A stretch of DNA of 64,000 bases, from NCBI GenBank assembly GCA_028534125.1, contig CM052817.1, positions 38,938,001-39,002,000 of the forward strand, read 5' to 3'. The notes under the pieces were generated by a model that did no database searches, was not told the DNA's origin, and was given only the letters and a program-made list of their open reading frames with translations. The position numbers were made by a program, and so were the translations under genes. This DNA comes from Lama glama. Its lineage: Eukaryota. Of the stretch, positions 63,330 to 64,000 are shown one piece after another (positions within the stretch are counted from its first letter, which is position 1; each line of letters opens with the position of its first letter).

Positions 63330-64000
63330 TCTGCCTCTCAGGACTCCTCCACATTCTTAAAAATGATTGAGGACCTCAAAAAGCCTTTATGTAGGGGAGT
63401 TATAGTTATCAAAATATATCATATTAGATATTGAACTAAAAAAATTTTAACATATTCTTTTATTTATTTATTTTTTTCTAGGTAACTACTCACAATTTTA
63501 TTTGTAAAAAAATACAAATAAAGTTTGCCCTATTTATTTACTGAGTATTTTCAGACATTTACCTAATATGTGATTTAAAATAAAGGTTCTGAGTCATATA
63601 ATTTTCATGAAATTGCCTCAAAAGTGGTTAACTTAGGAAACCGAATGTCTGATTAAGATGCATTAGAAATCTTANNNNNNNNNNNNNNNNNNNNNNNNNN
63701 NNNNNNNNNNNNNNNNNNNNNNNNNNNNNNNNNNNNNNNNNNNNNNNNNNNNNNNNNNNNNNNNNNNNNNNNNNAACATATTCTTTTAAAGGTAACAATA
63801 AGAAACCTATTATCTGTTAATGTGGATGGCATATTTTTATTAAAAAAAAACATGTTTTTTAAAAAAATTAGAGAAGAATGGCACCATTCTACATTTTTTT
63901 GTAAATTGCTTTAAAGCCTGGCTTTATAGAAGACAGCTAGGTTTTCATATCTGCTTCTGCATTTGATTTGTGGTAATATATTGTTGTTTGGTTGGATTAT
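63330..64000. mobile_element. Charlie1-like hAT transposon interrupted by a retroposed insertion and a gap
   Basis: ctcaggactcct..acattcttaaaaatgattgaggacc...gagaagaatggca...tagaagacagctaggttttcatatctgcttctgcatt. Confidence 0.8.
63675..63774. other. Assembly gap (100 N)
   Basis: Run of N. Confidence 1.

Overview
Mammalian genomic DNA, most likely from a camelid, because it holds two copies of a tRNA-derived SINE that resembles Vic-1. The only real protein-coding sequence is exon 1 of CDS1 (CDP-diacylglycerol synthase 1) on the minus strand (ATG at 3993, GT donor at 3876). It lies in a CpG-island promoter with GC boxes and a perfect CRE. Bases 1-3876 are CDS1 intron 1. The other ~59 kb is repeat-rich upstream intergenic DNA; by human synteny as I recall it, this runs toward NKX6-1, which is not in the window. 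It contains L1, L2, CR1/L3, MIR, MaLR/ERVL LTRs, ERV1 solo LTRs and internal fragments, DNA transposons, microsatellites and a 100-N gap. There are no prokaryotic features such as CRISPR arrays or operons, and no intact novel gene. The main unusual structures are: (1) a 4.2-kb chimeric ERV transcript that looks L1-retroposed (R...U3-R-polyA), with a tail that has become a graded A/AAG/AAGCAG/(CAG)20 microsatellite; (2) a TSD-bounded L1 with a large internal deletion, an inserted copy of its own 5'UTR joined at a GT-AG-compatible junction, and a probable 3' transduction; (3) a CpG-rich LTR on an otherwise decayed ERV; (4) a TSD-bounded retroposed insertion spanning the gap; (5) a uORF in the CDS1 leader, plus candidate CTCF and enhancer sites. 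Repeat family names are recalled by eye, and the boundaries of old repeats are approximate.
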